Assembly: GCA_964016885.1 (NCBI GenBank)
Contig: OZ024745.1
Location: 63,116,001 to 63,180,000, forward strand
DNA: 64,000 nt
Direction: 5' to 3'
Source: Eledone cirrhosa
Taxonomy: Eukaryota
In this document: positions 1-16,267 of the stretch, piece after piece
How positions within the stretch are numbered: position 1 is the first letter of the stretch
Layout of the letters: every line of letters begins with the position of its first letter
The notes under the pieces: generated by a model
What the model was told of the DNA's origin: nothing
The model's input: only the letters and a program-made list of their open reading frames with translations
Databases searched by the model: none
Position numbers and translations under genes: made by a program

Positions 1-506
1 TAATATTCCGGATATATAATTCTTTTAATTACCTTCAAAATGTCTGATAGATAATCACAATGTGTTTCAACTTTGCGATGTTGGTATCTATCTTTCCAGC
101 TAGACTCTAAAAGACACTATCCCAGCATGACCATTGAACAAATATATATCTAATAGCAAAATCTTCATCAATATTGAAGCATATATATACATAAGCTACA
201 TGATTGATGCATCCTAAAGATAAAACGGAAAATTATGTAAATATTTAGCATAAATTGTTGAGCGTGCGTTTTTATGATACATGGAACCTCACATGCAACA
301 ATAAAAGCAAAGCAACTAATAAAATTATGGCAAAACTAAAGACAGCTCCATTTGTCAACTTGGTACTTATCTGATGTGACATGGAAACGCATACACATTC
401 ACACACCCATAGGAATTAACCAATTGCCTTCATATATATTCAGACCCTTATGAATATATAAGTGTGCGTGCGTGTGTGTTTGTCTGTATGTGTAAGTATC
501 TGTTTA

Positions 507-518
507 TGTGTGTGTGTG

Positions 519-582
<64 letters not shown>
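507..582. repeat. (TG)n microsatellite
   Basis: Directly visible dinucleotide run. Confidence 0.95.
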
Positions 583-587
<5 letters not shown>

Positions 588-2189
588 TATTTTATTTTAC
601 AAGTTCAATAGAAACAGAAAAGTGAATTTCTGTAATAGGATTCAAATATAATGCAAGAATTTGCTAAATATATTACTTTGTATATAAGTTGTCGAAAGAA
701 AATACCTAGGTGAGTTATGTGAACAATCGTATATATTTCGACTTCACAAATAGCTCAGCACCGCTTAGCTTTTCATGTATTTGGATATGCTAACTTTAGT
801 CGGAAAAAAATCACATTGTTATGGCAATAACTATACGGTTGATTCTATTCCATAGATATCAATGACTAAATGTACTTAGGCTATGTGTAGTATTAATTTC
901 GTAACTTATCAGGTTAAGTATGCGATTTATATTATGCAATACAATTGATGTGTAATCAGAATGACATAAGCAGTTTGCTAAATCTTGCATGGATCGAAGA
1001 ACTGTAAGTATGGTAAAGTACTGAACTTACGCAGACTATGTGATTGTTTATATTATTTTGTGGTCAGAAGTTAAATCTTGCAAAATTATGCTTTAGCTGA
1101 TTCAGTCGATTATATGTACCCCCTACGAAATAGTGTCATGCTACGCTATAATATAATATAATCGTAAAATATTTCATTAACATTTATAGGAAGAAGAAGT
1201 TGTTCGACATATATAACTTTTTTGGCGCAAAAATTCTATATACATATCAACACAATGTACTGACAGAATCAAGAAGCTCATTAGATATCGTAATAGCTAA
1301 TGGAACGCCTAGATCATGATTAATTTGTTTTCTTCTAGACTGTTAGAAGCAATCAGCCAGTTGTTGAGAACTCCAAAAGTTGAAATGTTTTAGAATCTGA
1401 CACCTGTAAAAAAAGTAAATAAAAAGAATGTGAATAAATAAAGCAAACGTTTAATACTTGATTCAAATAGCTACACGTCTTCTACGTAAAATGTAAACTC
1501 GCTAAGCTCATGTAGCTGCATAAATACAGAATTTACATCCCATTAAATTACAAATTGACATTTCAAATAATTTTCTTTCGTATTTTGTTTGCCTTTTCAC
1601 AGAAACTACCAGTAGTTTCTGTTTTTCTTTATATTTACTTTTCTTTTATCGCATTCAATTTCTTTTTATTGAAGAATCTTACACTCGAGAGAAAAAATTG
1701 TTTTATGTTTACAGTTTCTGCAATTTTGAGTACTAACGCAACAAGCCAAATATTTACGTGTACATCACGGAGCTAAATGTTTTCGCGTATGACAAATGCA
1801 TTAATCCATGTAAAACAATATATGGGTAATTTAGAACCAGTTTTATCATCGGATGATTATGGTTTCTTCAAACGGCACCATATGTAAATGAATTCGAAAT
1901 TTAAGTACTCACTAATAGTCAATTATAAAGTTAACCTTTTTAAACAAAACCTTTATTAAAAATAACAGCATATAAATCACGACAGGGGTGGCAAATAGCT
2001 TTAAATGAAATGAAATAAAGATATATAGATAGTAAACTGCTCTTAATATCTAGTTTGTATAGTAAATAGCATTTGAAATCTACCCTGAATTTAAGATCTT
2101 ATTTCAGTATTGCAAGATAGCATAGACAGGTCAATAAAACAGAGATCACCATCTTTATAGCAGGGAAAATCAAATTGTATACAATTATA

Positions 2190-3330
2190 TCATAAGGATA
2201 TAAATCAATCGAGGACATTCATTCCATATGGAAACAGTTGTTGCGCCAATTCTTACTCTTAGGGTGGATTTTGTTGTACTCGAAACTCTTGCTGCTGCAA
2301 ATAAGTAACGCGATTTATGTAGTAGTCGTATTCCAAAATCTACAGCGATTATTAGATAAGACAATATACCACGTACAGTCAAATATATTCAGATGTATTC
2401 TCTGTTGTGTATCATTTCAATGTATAATTCAATGTGTTGCCTATCAGGGTCAAAGAATTGCTTGCGAAATGCTATCCTGTATTTAATAACTCTCGTTTTT
2501 CTTCACAGTTGAAATCCCGACGAGTACTTGTTAGTAGAATAAGCGCCATTGAAATACTTGTGTTGATTTAATCAACAGTTCCCATATTTTTTTATGGTTA
2601 GTTTTAAGTTTTAGCTACCAAAGTGTATCATAATGTTTTCATTATTATGTCTGATTGATTGGCTGAAACATTGGAGACGTCGAAAATTTCTATGCAGTTT
2701 TTCTTTTCCGTTTCTTTACGTTTGGTCTTAAAAATCGGGTGGAGATTAACATCTCTTTCTCTTTTCCGGGTCGATGAGTACTAGGTAAAACCTATGAATG
2801 ATATTACCGATTTTCATCTCCCCTCAATTTGACCGTATTACACAGATGGCATAAGAAAATATTATATATAATACTATATCTGATGCACGATATTTTATGT
2901 TACAGGGCGGTTGGAAATTCGTTCTAAATGCTGTTTCTACCTCTGTGAAACAATTGTAATGTAATATCCGTTCGATCGTTCAACTAGAAGTCTGAGACTA
3001 TGTGTCTCTTTAGAAAATCGTTCTGTATTGCAGTTTATTGCGCCAGTTAATTTTCTTCTGTATGCTTAAATAGTGATGGCATGATAGTTCATTGATTTTC
3101 GAGTAATAAAGTGATATTTTCGTTGTATTTCTTTTGTGTTGAAATCGTCGACGGAATATTCATTTAAGTTATCATTTAGGTCAAGCAACCAAAAGTATTT
3201 CTTGAAAGTAACTCAGGCATCAATATAAATATAACCAACGGATTGATTTTCACATTTTTGCTTCTAGTAATTGTGTAATGAAAACGGATTATACTTCTGG
3301 TGTTATTAGTTTGGTTGAAACATTCTATTA
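2190..3330 (-). mobile_element. Highly decayed BEL/Pao LTR-retrotransposon pol relic (RT YVDD region to RNase H)
   Basis: Minus-strand pieces read LNEYSVDDF (about 3145-3170, cf. xYVDD) and SRYLFAAARVSSTTKSTLR..EL (about 2245-2315, cf. L.FAKSRVAP.K..TIPRLEL). Many stops and frameshifts. By-eye motif match only. Confidence 0.4.
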
Positions 3331-5251
3331 ATATTTGATTAATTCACTTATCATGATACAGTTTTTCATTTAGTTAAATTTTAAGAAAAAGTAGCATATT
3401 TGTGTAACTGTTTAAAAAGTATCAATAATTTCAATAAACACGTATATACTACTCGAGATCTAGGAGAGTCATAAATTGGAATAATAGCTTCTAATGAATT
3501 AGTAGGTATGTCGATTTCATAAATTGAATACTATAACCATTTACATTTACTCTCTCTCTTTCATAAGACCCTTCTCTGTCTCCTTTGTACGCTCTCTCGC
3601 GACTTCGATTCATATCTGTATAATCATTCATGTACATCTAGGAAGCATATATTACCTGTTTATGTATACATACGTATATTATATACACAAGTGTGCTGAA
3701 AAAGAGCTAAGTCTATAAAGTGTTGAAATGCCAATCAAAGAAATTGTATGTTGATGGCAATTATTATCAATAATATATCAATACACAGGAATGAAGTCCA
3801 GGAAGCTGAGACTTAAGGCACATGCTTCTATGTACTGAGAACCCGAGGGCTCGAAATAGCTTCTACGTCATTTCTGCGGGAATTACACATAATAGCCAAA
3901 CCTAACTTAAATAATATTTCAGCGTATTAAAATAGATAAATTCCAATAAATAGTAGACAGAGAGTTTCCAGTACATCATATATATAGTGGGCTCATCAAA
4001 ATCAGTTATTCACATGACTTTCACATGAAAACACCAATGACGGTCAAGTGAAGATATGTCCGTAAGTGTTAAGCACATACTTTACTTCCATGTTTGGGAC
4101 ATCAGGCAACCTGAAATTAAATCATGGAACCATGCCGAACATGGATGGAATTTAAAGGACATATTTATACCACGTAAATTAAAATGGAGAATAGCAGAAA
4201 AACCCAATATATCTTTCAATGTAAGGAAGAAATTTTGACTTTGTACGAGTGTTTTTAATCATCTAACGAAAACCTTAATTCAAAATATGGAGACGCTTTA
4301 ATTATATACACATAAAAAAAATAATAATCTCTCCTTAGAATCGCCAGATCTCAGCCCTACAACCTACAACGATAAACATACAAAACTTATTTTACATATC
4401 TCCCAAAAGCTCACAGTCTTTCATAACTCACACAATGTGTAACTATCCTTCCAAACTCAAGGCACGTTTGACATACATTATCTCTTTAACCTCGCAAATA
4501 CTGCAAATAGTTCCTGCTGTCACATTCCCCAACTTAACATATGTTTTATTTTTCCTACACTCAATATAACAGTAGGGTTATATATTTTCTAATTTGGCGC
4601 AGCCACCTTCGAAAATAAAAATTGTTTTCATTCGGAAAACTCCACATACATTGACATCTTTCATTTAATGTTGTTGCCAATTTTGCGTTGTCCTTTACTA
4701 CGAGCCATTTAGCTCTATGTCGTTCACACATTTTCTAAAAATTGGGCTGGTGATATGAGATTCACCATTTGCAAGTTTTTTAGATTATGAAACGTGTGAT
4801 TTCATAGCTATAAGTAAGTTTGTATAAATGTGTAGTTATGCGTCTGTGGGAAGCGAAACATCTGTTAACGTGTTAAGTATGCATTAATTACCCATTCATT
4901 TATTTAGCCAGACGCGTACATATTTCCCTGCTTACACTCTTACGTAAGCACATTATTGTATAAAGTGCATGACAATAAGCACTCCTTAAAGCTAAGAGTA
5001 TAAAAAACAAAACACACTCTCAATAAGTATGGGTTGTGCATACATTGATAAACTATCAGACACATACATACATTCATAAACACATGCATACATGTATATA
5101 TACATAAATAAATATATATACATACATGCATATATACATGCATGCACACACACACACACGCACTCACATATATATATATATAAAAACATGAGAAGAAAGA
5201 AGAATACTGCGTGGTTTGCACATGGGTTACATATGATAAAAATAGTCCTTC

Positions 5252-5292
<41 letters not shown>

Positions 5293-5760
5293 AATACATA
5301 CATACTTACGTAGATATATACATGCATACATAGACACATATTTACACGAATACATATACACAGATATATACGCATGTACACATGACCCTTACTATAGATA
5401 ATACAAAATATGCATTACCAGTCACACATTAATGTTATCAATACTATATATCCTTTTTGTCAGAGTAACATTATTTACTAACAAAACGAAAACAAATCAT
5501 AGATACAAACTGGGGATACACAAATGCACGAACACAGGGAGAAATATTTCACAAATTCACTGGAGAGATATAATAAAAAGTAAACAGGACGCATGACTAC
5601 CTTTAGAATTTTAAAGCGAAGAATTTCACGTATCAATAGACTGTTGAAGCTTGCTTCCTTTTTATTTCTAAGTACACAGATAACAATAACGTGTTTGTGC
5701 TTAGCAACAATATATTAACAGCAGCAGTTTTAAAGACAGAGGCAACAACAATAAATTAAA

Positions 5761-5805
<45 letters not shown>

Positions 5806-5924
5806 GACAACGACGACGATGACTGTTGCTGCTGCTCCTGCTACTACTACTACTACTATTACTACTGCTGCTGGTGCTGCTACTACTAATACTATTAATA
5901 CTGCTGGACCTGTTGCTGCTGCTG

Positions 5925-5959
<35 letters not shown>

Positions 5960-6071
5960 GCTGCCGCTACTAATACTACTAATACTGCTGCAGCTGTTGC
6001 TGCTGCTCCTGCTGCTGCTGCTGCTGCTACTACTACTACTACTACTACTACTACTAACTCCATCACTACTA

Positions 6072-6107
<36 letters not shown>

Positions 6108-6151
6108 ACTCCATTACTACTACTACTAACTCCATTACTACTACTAATAAT
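5761..6151. repeat. Compound (CTA)n/(CTG)n trinucleotide low-complexity array
   Basis: Directly visible. Explains the poly-T/poly-S/poly-V/poly-L ORFs. Confidence 0.95.
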
Positions 6152-6255
6152 AATTATTTCTTTATTGGTTTCAAGGGCTGAAACATGTGGGACAATACGA
6201 AAATAGGGACATTGGGGTTTACATAACACAGCGTAAAAACAGGAAAACATATAAC

Positions 6256-6430
6256 TGTTTCTACTTTAGGCACAAGGCCAGCAATTACCCAGTGCGTTAC
6301 TGGTACTTTATTTCATCGACCCCGTAAGGATGAAAGGCAAAGTCAACCTCGGCGGGATTTGAACTCAGATCGTAAAGGGACATAACTATGCTGGAAAGCA
6401 TAACGTCCGACCCTCTACCGATACTGCCAA
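6256..6430 (-). mobile_element. tRNA-derived SINE, family A (GCCTTTCATCCTTACGGGGTCGATAAAAT central domain, Meta-domain-like), with 20-bp TSD
   Basis: Reverse strand has an A-box-like TGGCAGTATCGG and a B-box GAGTTCAAATCC. AAAACAGGAAAACATATAAC flanks it at 6236-6255 and 6429-6448. Confidence 0.9.
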
Positions 6431-6473
6431 AACAGGAAAACATATAACAGTAAACAATGCAATTATGAGAATA

Positions 6474-6622
6474 ATTGTTTCTACTTTAGACACAAGGCCA
6501 GCAATAAACCAGTGCATTACTGGTACTTTATTTTATCGACCCCGTAAAGAGGAAAGGCAAAGTCAACCTCGGCGGGATTTGAACTCAGATCGTAAAGGGA
6601 CGTAACTATGCTGGAAAGCATA
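6474..6622 (-). mobile_element. SINE family A, 5'-truncated copy
   Basis: Near-identical to 6256-6403. Confidence 0.88.
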
Positions 6623-7019
6623 ATGATTACCCAATAGGGGTGTATCACTCAGGAGTGACTTATGAACCCCACCAATCCTCAACAACTCAGCTCTCCATGG
6701 CCACCCTAGGGGGGCATCCCTTTCTTTTCTAACCCCTCCAGTATACAGGGATATGGTCATAGCAATTTTCGCTACACTTACCCAACTTTTAAAAGATGTA
6801 CTGCAGTCAGGATTTCCCGCTCCACGGTTACTTTCAGAAAGTTGAAGAGGAATTGACCGAAGAGGAAAGAGTCTATCTTCCGTCTTTTCAGCTGCGTCCA
6901 ACACAACCTATTTCGCTAGAGGAAATCTGTCAGCACTTCCCTGCTAAAAGAAGGCGGTGGAGCGAACTTCGCGATGGACTCGGTCGATAGCCAGATCCAT
7001 CCTAAATTTAAAAAAAAAG

Positions 7020-7450
7020 TGCCGAAGTCTGGGTGGCGAGGCTGTGATCATCTTTTCTAATCAGGTTTCTATCCTACTTTAACTACTTCTATGTATTAAT
7101 CCCTCTCCAGGTTTTGCTTGATTCTGCAAATGACACGCCCTGTTAGCTGAGAGGATGTCTGGGTCATTGGTTGGTTGTACCGTCGAAATGCGTGACTGTC
7201 TGCCGTCCAGCTGCTGCTGTTGTATATCAGACGAATTCCCCTCCATACCTGTAAATATACGGTGCTTTTTTTGTTGTTCATATTGTTATTCCATTGACAT
7301 TGTAGTTAGAGTTGTTGTTGGTGGTGTCTTCGCTACAACTGGATGGTTGTCTATCTGATCGACTAATTCTGTAGTTGTTGGTGTTATTGGTGATGACGTT
7401 CGTGTAGCTGTTGGTGGTGTTAGTTGTTGTCGAAGTTGTGCTGTTTTCTA
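7020..7450 (-). mobile_element. Decayed coding-like segment, possibly BEL/Pao gag
   Basis: Minus strand reads EGNSSDIQQQQLDGRQSRISTVQPTNDPDILSANRACHLQNQAKPGEG, resembling the BEL gag F.G...V..N..LS...K..YL...L.GEA pattern. Same strand as, and upstream of, the pol relic at 2.2-3.3 kb. Confidence 0.3.
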
Positions 7451-8448
7451 ATGATCGGACAAAATTCCTCTACGGTGACACTACAAGCGACGAAAATACA
7501 AATACCTACCTCTGTAACATATATTTTATCGTATTTCCATATTCTGATATAATATATGTTTCATTATAAACCTTATATTATAACATATACTGTATAAGCT
7601 TCTATATTTAATTTATTTGTAGTTATGCTCTCGTGTATTTGTATGTGGATTTCTAACACATCGCTTGTCTCATACGGTACTTTGCATTTTAGAGACTTTT
7701 TCTCGGTTCATTTTCTGCTAACTTTCATTATGCAAATGTGTTTTAGTACGATATTATGTAATTCTTTTTTTAATCCGAACTGACAAAATACATGTTGACT
7801 TCATATGTTTTTATTTTCCAGCCATTGTTTATATATACACATATATTTGCGTGAACGCAGGCATGTGTTTCTGGAAGTAGTCCATGTTTGTTTTTCTGGA
7901 AATATTCCATAGTTCATGCGTAGATCGTTATACGGAATATATTTATCTTGTTTTCATCGACATCCTTTATTTCAACGTCGACATATTATATGTCATTGAG
8001 AACGATGCGCCAACGATTGACACTAAACTCGCTAGATATGCGTGAGTGTCTTAACAAATGTAATCGCAACTCATCCTCGTCTAAGTATCTCTAGAAATAT
8101 CGTATCTCATAGGAAATATTTGAATGATTAATATGGAAATAGAGATAAACAGAAAATGATGACTGGAAACAAAACAATCTAAACTATAATAAAGTAAGGA
8201 GCGAAGGACTGCGTACGGTTTATCATTTTTTATCCCCTTAGTAAAAATAGGTTGGATTACTTTGAATAAATAATGAATGAATATTACATAATTTATCTAC
8301 TAAATTTCGTGGTTGTTCATTAAATGTATTTTATTACTTATTTAAAGATTCACTTCTTTAAAATTTTCAAATGCCAACACTTCCGGTTAGTGATCGTTTA
8401 AATAAATATTCATATATTTCTGTCACTAATTTTTTCCTAATGCAGTTT

Positions 8449-8826
8449 ATATATAATATCGTCTTTTTTTAATGTATCATGATACATTACGTTACTGATT
8501 ACATAAGACAGTGTAACACAGTCTTCGTGTATATTGTCAATTTCGATTTTATTTGATCATATCTACATATAATACTTGCGTATAATATCAATATAAACAC
8601 TACACATGCTAGCAGATATATAATATCGTCTTTTTTTAATGTATCATGGATTACGTTACTGGTTACATAATAGAATGTAACAGTCTTCCTTCAATTTCTG
8701 TGTATATTGTCAATTACGAATTTATTTGATGTATCATATCTACATGCATATATACTTGCGTATAATATCAATATACACACTATACATGCTAGCAGAAAAC
8801 GACCCGAAGGGTGTTTTTTTTGCTAG
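8449..8826 (+). mobile_element. Tandem duplication of about 170 bp ending in a Helitron-like 3' terminus
   Basis: 8449-8616 is repeated at 8617-8796. A hairpin AAAACGACCC-GAA-GGGTGTTTT follows, then CTAG|T at 8823-8827. Confidence 0.55.
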
Positions 8827-8879
8827 TCCCTGTAATATTAACTGCGGTAAGTATTATTAAGAGGCACGTATGAAATAAT

Positions 8880-8986
8880 TGTTTCTACTTTAGGCACAAG
8901 GCCAGCAATTATCCAGTGCATTACTGGTACTTTATTTTATCGACCCCGTAAGGATGAAAGGCAAAGTCAACCTCGGCGGGATTTGA
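8880..8986 (-). mobile_element. SINE family A, 5'-truncated at the B-box, with 10-bp TSD
   Basis: ATGAAATAAT at 8870-8879 and 8987-8996. Confidence 0.88.
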
Positions 8987-11053
8987 ATGAAATAATGAAA
9001 ACAAAAAATATTTACATGTATCCAAAACATACATAAAGAACGTAGAATAACTAAATACTAGTGCACTAAGAGTATTCTCGATAAAATAGAAAAATAGACA
9101 AAACCCTACACCTCCCCCAATACATTCAAAGAACTATAGAGAAAATGCATTGCCAACGTGACACAGTTTTCTGTACTAAAGCAGTTTGCTCAGAATGGTC
9201 TTGTTGACAGAGCTGTAACTTGAGCCGAAATTGTATGTTGTTTTTAGCGTTATCAGCGGAGAAGAGATGTAAAATTGATTTGTATACCTTTGGTTTGCTG
9301 AACATTTATGACGAATTAAAACAGTCATTGACATACACTTATCAATCTGGAAGTATTATTCTATAGATACCTATTTTAACTCTGAAGACTCTGGTGATTG
9401 AAAAATTTGTCTGAAATATTTGAGATATAATTCCATTTTAAAATTTGTCTTATTATACTTACTAATATATTCAATTTTGAAGCATTTTCTATCCATACAT
9501 ACTTTTTGATTGCTAGTCAGCGCGGTATTATATGAACACATTATTGTTTTTCGAAATGTGCCTACAGGCCGCCTCGGCCACTTGGAAATGAGCACTCACG
9601 TAACAATAGTGCGGATCACCAAATGATATAATGTCCCAAGCTCATAGAATATAAGCAATGTCAAACTGCATGACTTCGCTCACAACTTCCGCTTAAAACA
9701 TCACAGGTGATGGATCTTCCACCCGAGACGTAAGCTTTTAACCTTATTTTATAAAAACAAATTACAAACAAAATCCTGTTTGATACGATCATCCCCAATG
9801 TAAGTATGCAGAATAATTGCAACGATGCATTAATTAACATTCGTAACAGAACATAACATTAACTGTTACTCAAAAAATTGTCGGAGAAGAAAATGATCTA
9901 ACCTTTATTTTATTGGATCATGTCGTACCACAATACTGCACTCGATGTTGTTTTTGAGCACTACATTTCCACCTTAAACATTACAATAAATAACACTTAA
10001 AGAAATGGATAACATTTTGAAGAAGATGCAAAAGAAGCAAAACGAAAGTGTGAGGTAGAATATAAAATAAAAAATAAATACATGTAGGAGGAGATAAAGA
10101 AAATATGAAGCACGCAAGGTTACAAAAGGTAAGTAAATAACGGACAATTTCAATATACAGGGAAGTGTTACAGAAAAGTCATTCCGATTCACATGAACAC
10201 TGTTCATAAAAAAAAAAATTGATGAGAAGTATCATAGTTTTATGAATAGTTATTGATTTTCTCCTTACACATAAACGTATTTTTTTTTATTTTAGTTTGC
10301 AACCCGTCATCAATTTCTCAATATTTAATATTTCTTAACACTGTTTTGTTTGATTTCTTGACATTTAAAACATATTTTATATGAATGAGAATGCGAAACA
10401 AATAAGTCTATAGAAAGCTAAGATGCTTTGTTTATTTTAAACTTTTTTTTTTTTTTTTGTATTTATGGATGCATTTATTCATTTAAGGCAACGTTTATTT
10501 TATATAATTCTCCAATATATGTATGGCTTATTTGTTCTAAGAAAATATATCTATAATAAGGACACAGTTATTAACATTTTCGATATAACGTAATTCTATA
10601 AAACACATCATAATAACTACGAGGAGTACATTCATCATCATCATCTTTATCATCATCCTCATCATCAGCAGCAGCCTCGCTAACCTCATCGTCATTGTTG
10701 CCGCATCCCTCGAAGTAGTCATTAACATAAATCATTTCTTTCTTCAAGATATAAAAAAATTTGAAAAAAAGTTTAGAATTTGAGTTTTCATTTTGATTTT
10801 TTGAATAAATAATCGGTAAATTTATTTTGAAATTGTATATAAGCTAATTAATATTTTGCACATGCAGATACACCAACGCCAGCAATAAGTATATACATAC
10901 ATACATGCACACATACACACACACACATATATATATATGAGTGTGTGTGTGGTTGGGGGCTGTGAGAAAAGAGTACTCAATACCAAAGAAGAGTTTAATA
11001 TTCATTTTATCAAGGCTAAATATTGAGACTTGTTACTTTGGAGTTTTGCATAG

Positions 11054-11102
<49 letters not shown>

Positions 11103-11162
11103 GGGCGGTGCCCCAGCATGGCCTCAGTCGGATGGCTGAAACAGGTAAAAAGAGTAAAAGAG
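11103..11162 (+). mobile_element. 3' tail fragment of another SINE
   Basis: GGGCGGTGCCCCAGCATGGCC..CTGAAACAGGTAAAAAGAGTAAAAGAG recalls a common octopus SINE tail. Recognised from memory, not searched. Confidence 0.5.
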
Positions 11163-11200
11163 TATATATGTATATATATACTATTAATAATGAGTTCAAA

Positions 11201-11381
11201 TAGATTGGCAGTATTGGTAGAGGGTCGGACACCATGCTTTGACGCATAGAGTTACGGCCCTTGCCATTCTGAGTTCAAATCCCGCCGAGGTTAACTTTGC
11301 CTTTCATCCTTACGGGGTCGATAAAATAAAGTACCAGTAATGCACTGGGTAATTGCTGGCCTTGTGCCTAACGTAGAAATA
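11201..11381 (+). mobile_element. SINE family A with 18-bp TSD
   Basis: ATTAATAATGAGTTCAAA at 11183-11200 and 11382-11399. A and B boxes present. Confidence 0.92.
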
Positions 11382-11604
11382 ATTAATAATGAGTTCAAAA
11401 CTCAGGCAGTCCTTTACAATGAAATAGCTCAAAGAAAGAAGTATTTCTGAGCCGTGTAATACAAGTTAATATAAATTAATATATTTGATAAACACAAATA
11501 CCAACATATCCATGTTTGTATTGTAAACGACGTATTTGTGTTTATCAAATATATTAATTTATATTAATGTGTATATATATATATATATATACATATATAA
11601 ATAT

Positions 11605-11635
<31 letters not shown>

Positions 11636-11636
11636 C

Positions 11637-11684
<48 letters not shown>

Positions 11685-11686
11685 CT

Positions 11687-11992
11687 GTATGGATTTGTGT
11701 GTGTAGATGTGTGTGTGTATGAGGGGGTAGGTGTGAGTGTATGTACAAGTCAACCAACATAAGCCTTTTATTTCTAAATTTTCTAAACTATCTAAGTATT
11801 TGACTCTAACCATTATTTTAAGTATTACCACCCCACATTAATTCCTCAATTTGTATATGTGGATGTGTGTGTGTGTCTGTGGAGGTGGGTGTGAGTGTAC
11901 GTGCAAGCCAACCTACATAAGTCTTTTTATTTGTAAATTTTCTACTCTAACCATAATTTTCAGTAGCACCACTCCACATAAATCCCTCAATT
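11687..11992. repeat. Diverged tandem duplication, unit about 150 bp
   Basis: 11687-11852 and 11853-11992 share GGTGTGAGTGTA...CCACAT.AAT.CCTCAATTT. Confidence 0.75.
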
Positions 11993-12299
11993 TAAGAATG
12001 ACATGTAGTATCTATTTCATACTATTAACCGTAATTGAATATATATCTGACCAGGAATGCTTTTTGTGAAATTCAGTCATATGGAACTATTGTCATCTTG
12101 CCTGACGGTTTGAAATTTACAACACCACCTGCGTCTTTGTGGTCAAATACCAACCCTACTAGCATCTACAAACTGACCAATGAGAATTAAGACTATTCCT
12201 GCTGACAACATTAAATTATTCCTAACAAGCTCATATGTCCCAAGGCTCTGATACCATCAACACTATAAACACAGAGCTCGCATATCTAAGAACTGACTA

Positions 12300-12353
12300 A
12301 CTGCCTGATGAGGTCATAGCCATTCAATGGCTATCATCGATATATATAGCAGT
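12300..12353 (+). ncRNA. Decayed type I hammerhead ribozyme (GAAA eroded)
   Basis: ACTGC-CTGATGA-GGTCATAGCCATTCAATGGCTATCATC-GA-TATATATA-GCAGT. Homologous to 56265-56319. Confidence 0.65.
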
Positions 12354-12395
12354 AAATAAAGGATTATGAGATCATGAACTTGACCTATGTTTCGT

Positions 12396-12433
<38 letters not shown>

Positions 12434-12436
<3 letters not shown>

Positions 12437-12538
12437 CGAGTAGGACCCCGACGGCTGAGCTGAAGCCGTTTCGACGGCTAATTCGCTGAATTAGCCGTCG
12501 AGACGGCTTGAGCTCAGCCGTTGGGGTCCTACTCGTTC
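12434..12538. repeat. GC-rich near-perfect 105-bp hairpin within a (TA)n-bounded element
   Basis: GAACGAGTAGGACCCC...GCTAATTC-GCT-GAATTAGC...GGGGTCCTACTCGTTC. Confidence 0.9.
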
Positions 12539-12673
12539 CTATTACCCACTCTACTACCCTAAGTATTGACTACTTTGGTGTGTTATGGTCCACCTTGTTC
12601 CTTACCACATTCCCTTCGTTATATATATATATATATATACACACACATAGTTATATATATAGATATATATAAT

Positions 12674-12861
12674 TGTTTCTACGTTAGGCACAAGGCCAGC
12701 AATTACTCAGTACATTACTGGTACTTTATTTTATCGACCCTGTAAGGATTAAAGGCAAAGTTAACCTCGGCGGAATTTGAACTCAGAATAGCAAGTGCCG
12801 TAACTCTATGCGTCAAAGCATGGCGTCCGACCCTCTACCAATACTTCCAATCCACTGCCCT
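12674..12861 (-). mobile_element. SINE family A, full length, with 18-bp TSD
   Basis: TATATAGATATATATAAT at 12656-12673 and 12871-12888. Confidence 0.9.
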
Positions 12862-13151
12862 ATATTATATTATATAGATATATATAATATAAGTTAAAAG
12901 AATGAAATATAAAATCAAGTCATTAGAGATATACTTCACTGCTTTACGATCGTTTCTAGGTGGTGATAATACATTGTAGCTATTCTCTGTTATTGATCTA
13001 TGTAAGGTTAGTTACAAAATATCAGATAAAGAGAATATTTACTTACATGCATAGAACCAGATGTTTTCAAAAGCAATTGCTTTTAAAAACAGCTGGTGAT
13101 ATGCATGTAAGTAAATATTTTCTTTATCTGATATTTTGTAAATAACCTTAC

Positions 13152-15359
<2,208 letters not shown>

Positions 15360-15654
15360 TGAAAGTTTTTGATCTATTGAAAGTTTTCAAGACTATACAG
15401 AGCTTTTGTAGTTGTTCCAAATTGAAGGATGAGTATTTTAAACTTTATTTTATCATGAGTGAAGGCTCTATTGATTTTTACTCTGGATTTCACTAAATTC
15501 TGGTCGATAAATCTATATCCTGATTCTTTTTGAATTGAGTTTGAATTATTTTTCCCACATCTTACGTTAACTATTTTCCCATTTTGACGCTATAGTCACT
15601 TATACATTATGGAATACTGTTGGCTTCTTGCTACAATATTTTCTATACTTTTCA

Positions 15655-15676
15655 TTTATATATGTATATTTATATA

Positions 15677-15733
<57 letters not shown>

Positions 15734-15828
15734 GTATATATGTATATATATATATTTATATATATGTATATATATATATGTATATATATATATGTATATA
15801 TATATATGTATATATATGTATATATATG

Positions 15829-15922
<94 letters not shown>

Positions 15923-15945
15923 TATATATATACATATATATATAC

Positions 15946-15992
<47 letters not shown>

Positions 15993-15997
15993 CATAG

Positions 15998-16030
<33 letters not shown>

Positions 16031-16035
16031 CATAG

Positions 16036-16066
<31 letters not shown>

Positions 16067-16071
16067 CATAG

Positions 16072-16102
<31 letters not shown>

Positions 16103-16215
16103 CATATATATATATACATATATATATATACATATATATATATACATATATATATATACATATATATATATATACATATATATATACATATATATATATA
16201 TATACATATATATAC

Positions 16216-16267
<52 letters not shown>

